A stretch of DNA of 64,000 nucleotides from an uncultured Verrucomicrobiaceae bacterium (lineage in GTDB: Bacteria > Pseudomonadota > Gammaproteobacteria > Pseudomonadales > CAMLJR01), in the NCBI GenBank assembly GCA_964515735.1, contig CAZEVP010000007.1, positions 8,821 through 72,820 on the forward strand. Direction: 5' to 3'. Made by a program: the position numbers and the translations under genes. The notes below the pieces were generated by a model, which was given only the letters and a program-made list of their open reading frames with translations, did not search any database and was not told where the DNA came from. Positions 29,277-38,762 of this stretch are shown here, in pieces; position 1 is the first letter of the stretch; every line of letters begins with the position of its first letter.

Positions 29277-31574
29277 TCAGAACTTCAGTCGCAGACCGAC
29301 GCCGGCCCAGCGCGGCGCATTGCCGCGCGCGCCGTCGGCACCGCGGTGCGTGATGCGCTGCTGGTCGAACAGGTTGTCGACCTTGGCGTACACCTCGGTA
29401 TCGGCGTTCAGCTGGTAAGCCACGTTCAGGTCCACCGTGAACAGATCCTGCGTCTTCAGGTAGGTGTCATCGACACCCGAGCGGCCGGCCGTGTTGCTGG
29501 TGTAGGAGCCGTCGGTGTAGTTGAACGCCGCATAGCCGCGCCAGTTGCGGTCGCTCTCGACGCCGACCTGCAGCGCGAGGATGTTGTCCGGCGTGTACTC
29601 GAGAACATCGCCCTTCAGAACGCCGCCCACCAGATCCGAGCTGCCGGTGTACTCACCGTCGGTGTAGGTGTAGGCCAGCCGCAGCGGCACACGGATCGAC
29701 CCCGAATCGTACAGATTGGCGAACACGCCGAGCTCGAGACCCTGCACTTCCTTGGAGCCGGTCTGGATGGTGCGGCCATCGGCGATCGAGCCGCCATTGA
29801 TATTGCAGGGGTTGGCGAACAGGCACTGGCGAATCGTGGTGTCGAAGTCGCTGTAGAAGCCGATCGCATCGACACCGAAGCTGCCGTCGTTGCTGCGATA
29901 GCGCACGCCGCCCTCGAAGTTCAGGCTCTCCTCGCCCTTCGTACCCTTGCTGACGCCGTTGCCCGGCGGTGCGAAGCCCTCGTGCACGCCGCCCAGCACG
30001 GTCCAGTTGGCATTGACCGCGTAGTTCACACCGAGACCGAAGCTGGTGTTGTTCAGGCTGTTCCTGTTGGCATCGGTGTGGGCCACGCCCGAGGCGACGT
30101 TGCCACGGCTGTCGATGTCCTCGTAGCGCACGATCGGCATCAGCGTCCACGGGCCAATGGCGATGTAGTCGGCCAGCCAGATCGACGTCGCCTCGGCTTC
30201 GCCCTCGGTCGGTGTGGCGCGGTCGGTGCGAACGTAGACGAGGCTGCCATTGACCTGGTTGTAGATGCTGTTGGCCTTGCGCTTGACCGCGTTGCCGGTG
30301 ATGTCTTCATGCCGGCGCACGCCGACGATCAGATCGTGATCGAGCGCACCGGTGGAGAACTGCGTGTTCAGTTCGAACTGCAGCCCGCGCGCCTCGAAGT
30401 CCTGGTGGTTGTGGCCGTAGCGCACGCCGTTGGCGTGGGTGGTGTCAGCGGTGCCCTTCAGGATGCCGTCGAGCAGCGCCGCGTCGTTGTGGGCCGTGGT
30501 GCCGGCGATGTTGTTGTTGATGATGTCGGTGATACCGCCGAGGTTGGTGCCGTTGATCTGGTTCAGGCGGTTGTAATAGCGGTAGGTGTCGCCCCAGTAG
30601 GCGGTGGAGGTCAGCCGGGTGGTGTCGTTGAAATGGAACTGGTGGCGCACGCTGGCGGTCTTGCGGCCGCGATCCATGCGCTCCAGCTCGCTCAGGCCGT
30701 AGCGCCGGTTCGAGTCGGAACGGTAATCCGCATCGGTCAGGCCGAGATAGCTGACATCGGCCGTCTCCTCGTCGTACTGCAGCTTGATGTCCAGCTGCTG
30801 CGCGTATTTCGCATCGGCAGCGCTCTTCCAGCGCAGCTTGCCGACGAAGTCACTGATGTCGTTGCCGGCGGTGTGCTTCGAGCGCTCGATATCCTGGAAG
30901 CCGTCGCTGTCGACCTGATAGGTCTCCAGCAGGAAACCCCACTGGCCGACGGTGGCGCCGTAATAGGCGTGGAGTTTGCGCGTGTTGAACTCGGACAGCT
31001 CGACGTTGACCATACCGCCGGCCTGCTCCGGAATCGCGGTCGACAACAGGTTCACGACACCAGCCGTGGTGTGCGGGCCGTGCAGCAGCGTCTCAGGCCC
31101 CTTCAGCACCTCGATGCCCTGCATCCGGCCCACCGGCGGGAAGAAATAGGCCGAGGTGTTGGCGTAGACCGACATCGCCGCCGGAATACCGTCCTCGAGA
31201 ATCGAGATCCTGTCGCTGCGACCAGCGGACGATGCGCGAATGCCGATACGCGGGTAGGTACCCAGACCATCCTCCTCGCGCACGTAAACACCCGGCACGT
31301 TGCGCAGGATGTTGTTGACGTTGGTGTACTCGAATTTCTCCAGCTCCTGCTCGGAGAGGATGTAGGCCGAGCCCATCGTCGACTGCGGGTCCTCGGCATT
31401 GGAGATGACGCGGAACGCACTCAGTACCGGCGCCTGGCGGTTGGCGCCATCATCCGCGGCCTGCTGCTGGGCCAGCGCCGGCACAGTACCCAGACTGGCC
31501 GCCGCGATCGCCAGAAACAGCGCGCTGCGGCGCGGAGCCCGGGCAAAGAGTCGAGACGTGAAAATGTCGTGCAT
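29277..31574 (-). CDS. TonB-dependent outer-membrane receptor (FecA-like)
   Basis: Inside ORF 29277..31646, start MHDIFTS (ATG 31574). Signal peptide, plug domain (NVPGVYVREEDGLGTYPRIGIRA, ILEDGIPAA, IEVLKGP), a long beta-barrel and a terminal aromatic residue (...GLRLKF). Confidence 0.9.
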   Translation of the reverse strand: MHDIFTSRLFARAPRRSALFLAIAAASLGTVPALAQQQAADDGANRQAPVLSAFRVISNAEDPQSTMGSAYILSEQELEKFEYTNVNNILRNVPGVYVREEDGLGTYPRIGIRASSAGRSDRISILEDGIPAAMSVYANTSAYFFPPVGRMQGIEVLKGPETLLHGPHTTAGVVNLLSTAIPEQAGGMVNVELSEFNTRKLHAYYGATVGQWGFLLETYQVDSDGFQDIERSKHTAGNDISDFVGKLRWKSAADAKYAQQLDIKLQYDEETADVSYLGLTDADYRSDSNRRYGLSELERMDRGRKTASVRHQFHFNDTTRLTSTAYWGDTYRYYNRLNQINGTNLGGITDIINNNIAGTTAHNDAALLDGILKGTADTTHANGVRYGHNHQDFEARGLQFELNTQFSTGALDHDLIVGVRRHEDITGNAVKRKANSIYNQVNGSLVYVRTDRATPTEGEAEATSIWLADYIAIGPWTLMPIVRYEDIDSRGNVASGVAHTDANRNSLNNTSFGLGVNYAVNANWTVLGGVHEGFAPPGNGVSKGTKGEESLNFEGGVRYRSNDGSFGVDAIGFYSDFDTTIRQCLFANPCNINGGSIADGRTIQTGSKEVQGLELGVFANLYDSGSIRVPLRLAYTYTDGEYTGSSDLVGGVLKGDVLEYTPDNILALQVGVESDRNWRGYAAFNYTDGSYTSNTAGRSGVDDTYLKTQDLFTVDLNVAYQLNADTEVYAKVDNLFDQQRITHRGADGARGNAPRWAGVGLRLKF

Positions 31575-31899
31575 GAGATTGTCACCCTGTCGCAGAGGAA
31601 AAAACCGCAAACGAAAAATCGCGGTAAAAAATCGCCCGGTCCGCATGGCGCGATGTGACCTTGCCGTCGCATCGGCGCTGCCGCCGCGCTGCCCCCGTTC
31701 GCACCCATCTCGCTTCGCGGTGATACTGTCCGCGCGGTTGCGGCCTCACCCGGTTATCGCCGCTGCCGTGTTTACGCCGGCAGCGACACTTCGATATGGT
31801 AATGAGAACGATTAGCCTCACTATAGGTTTTTGCGTGTCCTATTTTTGTCCTGATTCCCGCGCCACTGCCGGCGCCCCGATGCCATTGCGGACACTGCG

Positions 31900-32571
31900 A
31901 TGCGGCTGCTGATCGTCGAGGACAATCGCCGGCTGCTGGTCAATCTGTTCGAGTATCTGGAGGGTTGCGGCCACGTGCTCGACGCCGCGCCCGACGGCGT
32001 GATCGGCAAGCGGCTGGCGCTGACCCAGCGCTACGACGCCATCGTGCTGGACTGGATGCTGCCGCGCCTCGACGGATATCAGCTGCTGAAATGTCTGCGC
32101 GACGAGGAAGGCGTCGACACCCCGATCATCATGCTGACCGCGCGCGACGAATTGCCGGACAAGCTCAGTGGATTTCGCGCCGGCGCCGACGACTACCTGA
32201 CCAAGCCCTTCGAATTCCCCGAACTGGAAGCGCGCCTGCAGACCATCGTCGCGCGTGCGAACCGCGCGCGGCGACAGCGCCGCCTGACGGTGGCCGATCT
32301 GACGTTCGATCTGGAGACGCAGGAGGTAACCCGGGCCGGCACCCGGCTGCCGCTGTTCCGCGCACTGCGGACATTGCTGCAGGTGCTGATGGAGGCGAGC
32401 CCGGCCGTGGTTTCCCACGAACGGCTGGAGGAGGCGCTGTGGGGCGACCAGCCGCCGGAAAGCGATCGCCTGCGCGCCTACATCTACGAACTGCGCCGCC
32501 ACGTCGATGCGCCGTTCGACCACAAGCTGATCCATACCGTGCCGCGCTGCGGCTATCGCATCGCGCCATGA
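31900..32571 (+). CDS. OmpR-family response regulator
   Basis: 223 aa. Receiver domain (LLIVEDN, DAIVLDWMLP, TARD, GADDYLTKPF) and a winged-helix output domain (RAYIYELRRHV...VPRCGYRI). Confidence 0.9.
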   Translation: MRLLIVEDNRRLLVNLFEYLEGCGHVLDAAPDGVIGKRLALTQRYDAIVLDWMLPRLDGYQLLKCLRDEEGVDTPIIMLTARDELPDKLSGFRAGADDYLTKPFEFPELEARLQTIVARANRARRQRRLTVADLTFDLETQEVTRAGTRLPLFRALRTLLQVLMEASPAVVSHERLEEALWGDQPPESDRLRAYIYELRRHVDAPFDHKLIHTVPRCGYRIAP

Positions 32572-33872
32572 TAAAAATGTCAGAAGAGAACGAAAACCTC
32601 ACAACCGTTCGCACCTACAGCCTCAGGCGACAGCTGGCGATGGGCCTGCTCGGCTATGCGGTCCTGCTGACGCTGGGGGTGCTCGCCAACGACTTCATCG
32701 TCAACGAAAGTGCCGAGAAGCTGGCGTGGGAATCGCTGCTGAAGGCCGAACTCGATCACTTCCTGAACCGGCGCAAGCAGGACCCCTCCTATTCGTGGCC
32801 GGAGACGGAAACGCTGCATCTGTTCACCATCGACCCCGCGCAGACGCCGGACGACCCGCTGCTGGCGCTGGCCGTCGGCGTTCACGACGAAATCGTCCTC
32901 GACGGCCGCGAGAAGGTGATCAAGATCCGCGACCAGGACGGCCAGCGTTTCGTCATCGCGCTGGACATCGCGGATCTGGAGGGGCGCGAAGCCCACCTGC
33001 GAACGATCATCCTGATCTCCGCCTTCGTCGTGGTGGCACTGCTGGGCTGCTTCGCCGTCTGGGGCGCCAACCGGCTGCTGCTTCCGCTGCGGGAGCTGTC
33101 CGATCGCATCGCCGCGCTGAACCCCGGCAAGGATGACCCGCATGTCGATCTGCCCGCCAACGCCAGCACCGAGCTGGCCCTGATCACGCAGGCCATCAAC
33201 CGTTACATCGAGCGCAACACGGCCTTCATGAAACGCGAGCAATCCTTCATCCGCGTCGCCAGCCACGAATTGCGAACGCCGATCTCGGTCATCACCGGTG
33301 CCGCCGGGCTGGCGCTGAACGAGCCCGGAACGCCCGAAGCGGTGCGCAAACGCCTACTGCGGATTCGGGAGACGGCCAATGACATCAACGAACTGGTGAC
33401 GCTGCTGCTGGCACTGGCGAAGGAGCCGGCGCGGCTGGCCGATTCGCGCGAGCCGGTCGCCCTGCACGCGCTGCTGCCGCAGATCGTACGCGACCACGAA
33501 CATCTGGCGCACGGCAAGGAGGTTTCCATCGTCATCGGCGAGCTGGCCGAATGCGTGGCGCCGGTTCCACTGCAGCTGGCGAAATCCGCGATCGGCAACC
33601 TGCTGCGCAACGCGGTCGAGAACACCCACCACGGCGACGTCCGGGTCTCGCTGCGCGAGGGCGGCGTGGTCGTCATCGAGGATTGCGGGCCGGGCATTCC
33701 GCCCGAAAAGATCACCGAGATCTACACCCGGCTGGCACGCGGCGAGGGGCTGCACGGCGGCGGCATCGGGCTGACGCTGATCGCACGGCTGTGCGAACAC
33801 CTCGACTGGAGCCTGTCGGTCGACTCCGACCCCGGCGACGGCACCCGCGTGGCGCTGCGACTGGTTTCGTGA
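32568..33872 (+). CDS. Sensor histidine kinase
   Basis: Inside ORF 31965..33872, start MIKMSEENE (ATGA overlap with the regulator stop). Two TM segments flank a ~130-aa periplasmic domain. H-box FIRVASHELRTPIS, N-box LLRNAVENT, G-boxes EDCGPGIP and GGGIGL. Confidence 0.9.
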   Translation: MIKMSEENENLTTVRTYSLRRQLAMGLLGYAVLLTLGVLANDFIVNESAEKLAWESLLKAELDHFLNRRKQDPSYSWPETETLHLFTIDPAQTPDDPLLALAVGVHDEIVLDGREKVIKIRDQDGQRFVIALDIADLEGREAHLRTIILISAFVVVALLGCFAVWGANRLLLPLRELSDRIAALNPGKDDPHVDLPANASTELALITQAINRYIERNTAFMKREQSFIRVASHELRTPISVITGAAGLALNEPGTPEAVRKRLLRIRETANDINELVTLLLALAKEPARLADSREPVALHALLPQIVRDHEHLAHGKEVSIVIGELAECVAPVPLQLAKSAIGNLLRNAVENTHHGDVRVSLREGGVVVIEDCGPGIPPEKITEIYTRLARGEGLHGGGIGLTLIARLCEHLDWSLSVDSDPGDGTRVALRLVS

Positions 33873-33925
33873 AGCGCCACGCGGCGCAATTTTCTACAGA
33901 CTCATTCAACGGCTGCTTTATTCAA

Positions 33926-34369
33926 CTACAGCGTCATACCGGCCACCAGCGGCCACAGCACCTTGTCGGCCAGCAGCGTGCAGAAGTATTCGTTGACCTG
34001 CCGGATGCGGCCGTCGCGCAGCGTGAACACCATGCAGTACTGGTTGCCGTAGCGCTCGCCGTTGACCAGCGTGCCGTTACCCTCGAACTCGACGACGACC
34101 TTGTCGCCCTCGGCGATGACGCTGTGGATGGTCGGCTCCATGCCGCCGGGCATCAGCTGGTGGAACGCCGCGATCGTCGCCAGAATCGTGTCGTGCCGGC
34201 GCACGCCGGCGAACTTGCCGAACCCCTTGGCCAGCGTGAAGGTATCCTCGGCGATGCACGGCGCCGCGGCGTCGGCATCGCCCCGCCCCATCGCCGCGAT
34301 GAAGGTCAGCACCACCTGTTTGTTCTGTTCGCTCACTGCCTCACCTCTCCCGTCATTGCGTTCGTTCAT
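33926..34369 (-). CDS. NTF2/SnoaL-like fold protein
   Basis: 147 aa. KQVVLTFIAAMGRGDADAA...VVVEFEGNGTLVNGERYGNQYCMVFTLRDGRIRQVNEY is the typical SnoaL-like pattern. 4-nt overlap with the SDR stop. Confidence 0.7.
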   Translation of the reverse strand: MNERNDGRGEAVSEQNKQVVLTFIAAMGRGDADAAAPCIAEDTFTLAKGFGKFAGVRRHDTILATIAAFHQLMPGGMEPTIHSVIAEGDKVVVEFEGNGTLVNGERYGNQYCMVFTLRDGRIRQVNEYFCTLLADKVLWPLVAGMTL

Positions 34370-35127
34370 TTGCCGAGATTCGAGCCGCCGTCGACCGGCA
34401 GCACCAGACCGGTCACCTGCGCCGACAGCTCGCTCGCCAGATAGAGCGCGGCATTGGCCACGTCGCGCGGCATCCCCTGCCGGTGCAGCGGCTGCATCCG
34501 CCGCACCATCTCCGCCATGTCGTAGAAGGTCTGCCCGGCCGGGATGTGGCCGGGCGCAATGCAGTTCGCGCGCACGCCGTACTGGCCGAGCTCCTTGGCG
34601 ATCGATTTCGTGTAGTGGATGACACCGGCCTTGGCGGCGCGGTAGGTGATCAGCGGCAGGCCCGGCTTGAGGCCGGCGATCGACGCGGTGTTGATGATCG
34701 AACCGCGCTGCCGCTTCGCCATGTAGCGCCCCGCCGCGCGGCTGCCGACCATGACGCCGTACAGGTTGACGTCGATGACGCGGCGAAAGTCAGCCAGATC
34801 ATCCTCGAGGAAACTGTCGTGAACGGCGCCGCTGATGCCGGCGTTGTTGAACATCACGTGCAGGTCACCGAAACGGTCAAGCGCGAAATCGACCAGCGCC
34901 TGCACCTCATCGGCACTGGCGACGTCGGTTCGCCTGAACAGCGCCGCGTCGCCGAGCACGGCGGCCAGCGCCTCGCCCTGCTCGACGTTGACGTCGGCGA
35001 TAACGACGCGCGCCCCCTGCTCGACGAACAGTTCGACCGTGGCGCGGCCGATGCCGCTGGCACCGCCGGTGACGATGGCGACCTGATCGGTCAGCAGCCG
35101 GCCCATTGGAGTATCACTTCCCGTCAT
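34366..35127 (-). CDS. Short-chain dehydrogenase/reductase
   Basis: ORF 34366..35169. VAIVTGGASGIGRA, NNAG and YRAAK are present. The start is ATG 35127 or 35106. Confidence 0.85.
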   Translation of the reverse strand: MTGSDTPMGRLLTDQVAIVTGGASGIGRATVELFVEQGARVVIADVNVEQGEALAAVLGDAALFRRTDVASADEVQALVDFALDRFGDLHVMFNNAGISGAVHDSFLEDDLADFRRVIDVNLYGVMVGSRAAGRYMAKRQRGSIINTASIAGLKPGLPLITYRAAKAGVIHYTKSIAKELGQYGVRANCIAPGHIPAGQTFYDMAEMVRRMQPLHRQGMPRDVANAALYLASELSAQVTGLVLPVDGGSNLGK

Positions 35128-35200
35128 CGGAATTTTCTCTGCCTCATCTGAATGTTCTCCATCGAACACGCTTCTGTGTGCGCCGCGACGCTGTATCGCC

Positions 35201-36016
35201 TCACTGCAGCGGTTCCTCGCCGGCCAGTATCGTCCGGTGCATCAGACGGCCGCTGTCGGCAGGATACGGCAACGCCCGGTGCATCGTGCCGGTATTGCTC
35301 CAGATCAGCAGATCGCCGACCTGCCACTCGTGCCGGTAGACGTACTGCGGCTGCGTGGCCCAGTCGCGCAGGCGAGCGAGCAGCGCCCGGCTGCGCTCGA
35401 CCGGCAGACCGACGACGTAATCGGCAGTCGCCCCGAGCAGCAGCGACTTGCGCCCCGAGCGGTGCGTCCACACCAGCGGGCACTCCTTGGTCGGCGATTT
35501 CTGCCAGAACGCGATCTCGTCGTAACTCATCTCGGGGTTGACGTAGTACTGCGAGCGCTCGGCGCTGTGCACCACACGCAGCCCGTCGATCTCCCGCTTG
35601 TCGTCATCCGGCAGGTCGTCGTAAGCGGCGTAGGTATTGCAGAACTCGGTCTGGCCACCGGTTTCGGAGAGCCTGATCGCGCGCAGCAGCGCCGCCAGGT
35701 TCGGGTACGGCTGCAGCGAACCGTCGAAGTGCCAGAACAGCGAACCCTTCAGATACTCGGCGCGCTGGTTGACGCCCTTGTCCAGCGAGATCTTGTAGAT
35801 GCCGCCCTCGCCTTCGCCGGCGACGATGTTGCCGAGCGTGCGGGCGATGGCGACCTGCTGCTCATCGTCGATGTCGAGCCCGCGGAAGAAAACCACGCCG
35901 CGCCGTTCGAGAACTGCGCGGATGGTGTCGGCCTGCGATCCGTTCAGCAGCGTGTCGGGATCGACGCGGATCTCGCTGCCGATGCGCGGCGTCATGTCGA
36001 TGGTCTGCAGTGTCAT
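35201..36016 (-). CDS. TauD/TfdA-family Fe(II)/2-oxoglutarate dioxygenase
   Basis: 271 aa. WHFDGS (H-x-D), GGQTEF, and WSNTGTMHRA with the distal His and Arg. Confidence 0.85.
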   Translation of the reverse strand: MTLQTIDMTPRIGSEIRVDPDTLLNGSQADTIRAVLERRGVVFFRGLDIDDEQQVAIARTLGNIVAGEGEGGIYKISLDKGVNQRAEYLKGSLFWHFDGSLQPYPNLAALLRAIRLSETGGQTEFCNTYAAYDDLPDDDKREIDGLRVVHSAERSQYYVNPEMSYDEIAFWQKSPTKECPLVWTHRSGRKSLLLGATADYVVGLPVERSRALLARLRDWATQPQYVYRHEWQVGDLLIWSNTGTMHRALPYPADSGRLMHRTILAGEEPLQ

Positions 36017-36029
36017 CTGCGCTCTCCGC

Positions 36030-36353
36030 TCAGCTCAGGCGCGTCAGGATGGTGTTGGCGGAGTGCCGCACGCGCGGCTGCTTCCACATCTCGATCGCCG
36101 GCGACACGGTGATCAGCGAATAGAGCAGGTTGCGCAGGTTGGCGACATCAATTGGCAACGGCTCGTCGTAGTCGAAGCGGTCGACGTAAGCGACCGCCGC
36201 CTCGGCGTGCGGAAACACGCGCTCGTAGAACGCCCGCAGCTCGGCCATCGTGCTGTTGACGCGCTTCACGTAGCGCTGGTGACCATCCTCGATCGCCCAT
36301 TCGGCGACCAGTGGCTCCAGCTCGGCGAACGGCTCCGGCAACAATCCGCTCAT
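36030..36353 (-). CDS. Hypothetical 107-aa protein within the oxygenase operon
   Basis: GC3-biased. 4-nt overlap with the Rieske gene stop. No family recognised. Confidence 0.5.
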   Translation of the reverse strand: MSGLLPEPFAELEPLVAEWAIEDGHQRYVKRVNSTMAELRAFYERVFPHAEAAVAYVDRFDYDEPLPIDVANLRNLLYSLITVSPAIEMWKQPRVRHSANTILTRLS

Positions 36354-37648
36354 TTGATCACCTCCTGCGCCCGCTGTTTTTCCGCTTCGCCGTCGCGCAC
36401 GCGGTCGGCCACCACCTTGTGCAGGTGACGCACCAGAATCTCCTCGTCGTTGAGGTGGAACTCCCTGAGCGCGCCGCTGTTCAACATCGCCTGCAGCCCC
36501 TCCGACGGGCTCGCATCCTCAAGGATGATGTCGTTGAGCAGCGTCACCGTCAGCTCCTGCCCGAGCCGCTCCTTATGGCTTCGCGGCGGCCGGTAGAACA
36601 TCTCCACCTCGATGACGTGCGAATGCGGGCCGGTCGGCCAGTGCGTGTGCGTGGTGAAACCGGAGGCGCCGAAGATCAGCACGAAGTTCGGGAAGAACTG
36701 GAACGAGTCGAAACCGTAGCGCTCCGAGCGCGTCGGGTTCAGCCCCGGCGGCATCGGCCCGAGGTCGTCGCGCTTGTTCCACGGCCCCGCCGCGCTCGCC
36801 TCCATCACGCACTCGATCGGTTTCGAGTAGGGCGTCCTGCGCGACGGCTCGCCGGCGAACGAGAACATCCGGTGCGGCCCCTTGAGCTGGTAGGCCAGCG
36901 CATCGGTGAACGGGTTCGGCGCCTCCAGCATCTCGCGGGCCGCCGCCGTCAGGTTGCCGAACGACGACGCGTGCAGGTACGGGCCGTGATAGCTCTCGGC
37001 GAAACCATCGACGAACACCTTCCAGTTGCACTGCAGCTCGGCGCGAAAGCGGTAGACCTGATGCGGGCCGGCGAACGGATAACCCTCGATGCCGTGTGCC
37101 AGCTCGCCGAGGAAATCGCGCAGCGGCTCGCGGTTGTCCGGGTTCAGGTTGATGAAGATGAACCCCTCCCACACCTCGCACTGGATCGCCGGTACACGGC
37201 AGCTGCCGGCATCGAAATCGAGCAGCAGATCGCGGCGCGTCGGCGCGATCAGCGAGCCGTCGAGATCGAACTTCCAGCCGTGGAAGCGGCAGTAGAGCAT
37301 CGGCATCTGTCCCTGCACCTCCTGGAACGGATCGTCGCGCCAGACCAGCTTGTTGCCGCGGTGCGGGCAGATGTTGTGGAAGGCTCGCACGACGTCATCC
37401 TTGCCGCGCACGACGATGATCGAGGTGTTGGCGACGCTCAGTTCGCGGGTGAAATAACTGCCCTTCTGCGGCACCTGCTCGACGCGCCCGACGTAGAGCC
37501 AGCTCTTGCCGAAGACGTGTTCGCGCTCCTTCTCGTAGAACCCGGCGGAGACGCAGTCGTCGAACGACACCGGCCCCCGGCCCAGTTCCGGATAGGCATC
37601 GCTCCAGTGCCCGCTCGCGGGCTTGGTGACAATCGGTTCCCGGCTCAC
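36350..37648 (-). CDS. Rieske [2Fe-2S] non-heme iron oxygenase, alpha-subunit type
   Basis: 432 aa. The Rieske motif is CPHRGNKL...CRFHGWKF. The catalytic domain contains ESYHGPYLH. No beta subunit or reductase is adjacent. Confidence 0.85.
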   Translation of the reverse strand: MSREPIVTKPASGHWSDAYPELGRGPVSFDDCVSAGFYEKEREHVFGKSWLYVGRVEQVPQKGSYFTRELSVANTSIIVVRGKDDVVRAFHNICPHRGNKLVWRDDPFQEVQGQMPMLYCRFHGWKFDLDGSLIAPTRRDLLLDFDAGSCRVPAIQCEVWEGFIFINLNPDNREPLRDFLGELAHGIEGYPFAGPHQVYRFRAELQCNWKVFVDGFAESYHGPYLHASSFGNLTAAAREMLEAPNPFTDALAYQLKGPHRMFSFAGEPSRRTPYSKPIECVMEASAAGPWNKRDDLGPMPPGLNPTRSERYGFDSFQFFPNFVLIFGASGFTTHTHWPTGPHSHVIEVEMFYRPPRSHKERLGQELTVTLLNDIILEDASPSEGLQAMLNSGALREFHLNDEEILVRHLHKVVADRVRDGEAEKQRAQEVIK

Positions 37649-37761
37649 GGCTTCGCCCTCGTTATTGTTGTGACTGACGAGCGACGGACTCTAGCACTTG
37701 ACCAAATAGTGAAAATAGAGCCTGATCTTCAACATGGAGTTGCAAATTTGGAACACCGGCC

Positions 37762-38709
37762 GTGGAACAGACTCTCCCCTTCGAACTCGACGCTCTGCTG
37801 GTCTTCGGCAAGGTGGTCGAGTGCCGCAGCCTGTCGAAGGCGGCGGCACTGCTCGGCATGCCCAAGTCCACCGTCAGCCGCAAGATCGCCCGGCTGGAAG
37901 CTGACCTCGGCCTGCGTCTGCTGCGCAAGAACACCCATCAGCTGACCGTCACCGACCTCGGAGAGCAGATTTATGGCCATGCCCTCAACATCCTGGCCGA
38001 GGCCAACGACATCCGCGCATTGGTGGAGGGCAGCAAACAGCAGCCGCAGGGCGAGCTGCGCGTCGCGATACCGGTGTTCGTCGGCATCGACTACGCCTCG
38101 CGCGTCGGCGCCACCTTCCTGCGGCGCTACCCGCACTCGCGGCTCGACATCCGGCTGGTCGACAACATGGTGCACCCGGTCAGGGACGGCTTCGACGTCG
38201 CGTTCGGCACCGGGCCGCTGCAGGACTCCACGCTGATCGCCCGCCGCGTGTTCGGCCTCGAATTCTTCCTGTGCGCATCGGCCGATTTCATCCGCCAGCT
38301 GCCCGAGCCGATCACCTCGCCGGCGCAGCTGAACCAGCTGCCGTTCATCGACTCCGGTTTCTACCATGGGCCGCGCAAGCTGCAATTGAAGAAAGGCAGG
38401 AAGGTCCACGAGCTGTCGCCGCTGATCCGGGCGCGCGCCAACAATTTTCAGGTGTGCAAACAGTATCTGCTGCAGGGGCTCGGCATCGGCGTCATGCCGA
38501 ACCAGATCATCTGCAGCGGCGAGCTGCACGAGGGCAGCATCGTCCCGGTGCTGCCGGACTGGCGGCTGGAGGCGGCGGACGTCTACATGATCTATCCGTT
38601 CCAGCTCTCCTACTCAAACCTGATCGGCGCGTTCTATGAAACCGCCTGCGAGATCATTCAGCAGAACACCGAGACGCTGCTGTCGGGACCGCCGCTGGCC
38701 AGGGGCTGA
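37762..38709 (+). CDS. LysR-family transcriptional regulator
   Basis: 315 aa, GTG start. HTH region LLVFGKVVECRSLSKAAALLGMPKSTVSRKIARLE. Divergent from the Rieske operon. Confidence 0.9.
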   Translation: MEQTLPFELDALLVFGKVVECRSLSKAAALLGMPKSTVSRKIARLEADLGLRLLRKNTHQLTVTDLGEQIYGHALNILAEANDIRALVEGSKQQPQGELRVAIPVFVGIDYASRVGATFLRRYPHSRLDIRLVDNMVHPVRDGFDVAFGTGPLQDSTLIARRVFGLEFFLCASADFIRQLPEPITSPAQLNQLPFIDSGFYHGPRKLQLKKGRKVHELSPLIRARANNFQVCKQYLLQGLGIGVMPNQIICSGELHEGSIVPVLPDWRLEAADVYMIYPFQLSYSNLIGAFYETACEIIQQNTETLLSGPPLARG

Positions 38710-38762
38710 ACTGCGGCACGAACCCCGGGTCGACCCACCCACCGAACGGACCGGAGATAACC

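Noticed and set aside
31575-31800. Possible cobalamin or other riboswitch in the 225-nt leader of the TonB receptor
   Set aside because: Reading the minus strand, I found no B12-box (AGYCMGGAGACCKGCC-like) and no conserved GGGAA/GCCACTG elements.
31798-31816. Fur-box-like palindrome GGTAATGAGAACGATTAGC
   Set aside because: It matches only about 13 of 19 positions of the GATAATGATAATCATTATC consensus. It also lies ~225 bp from the receptor start, closer to the regulator gene. The evidence is too weak to call.
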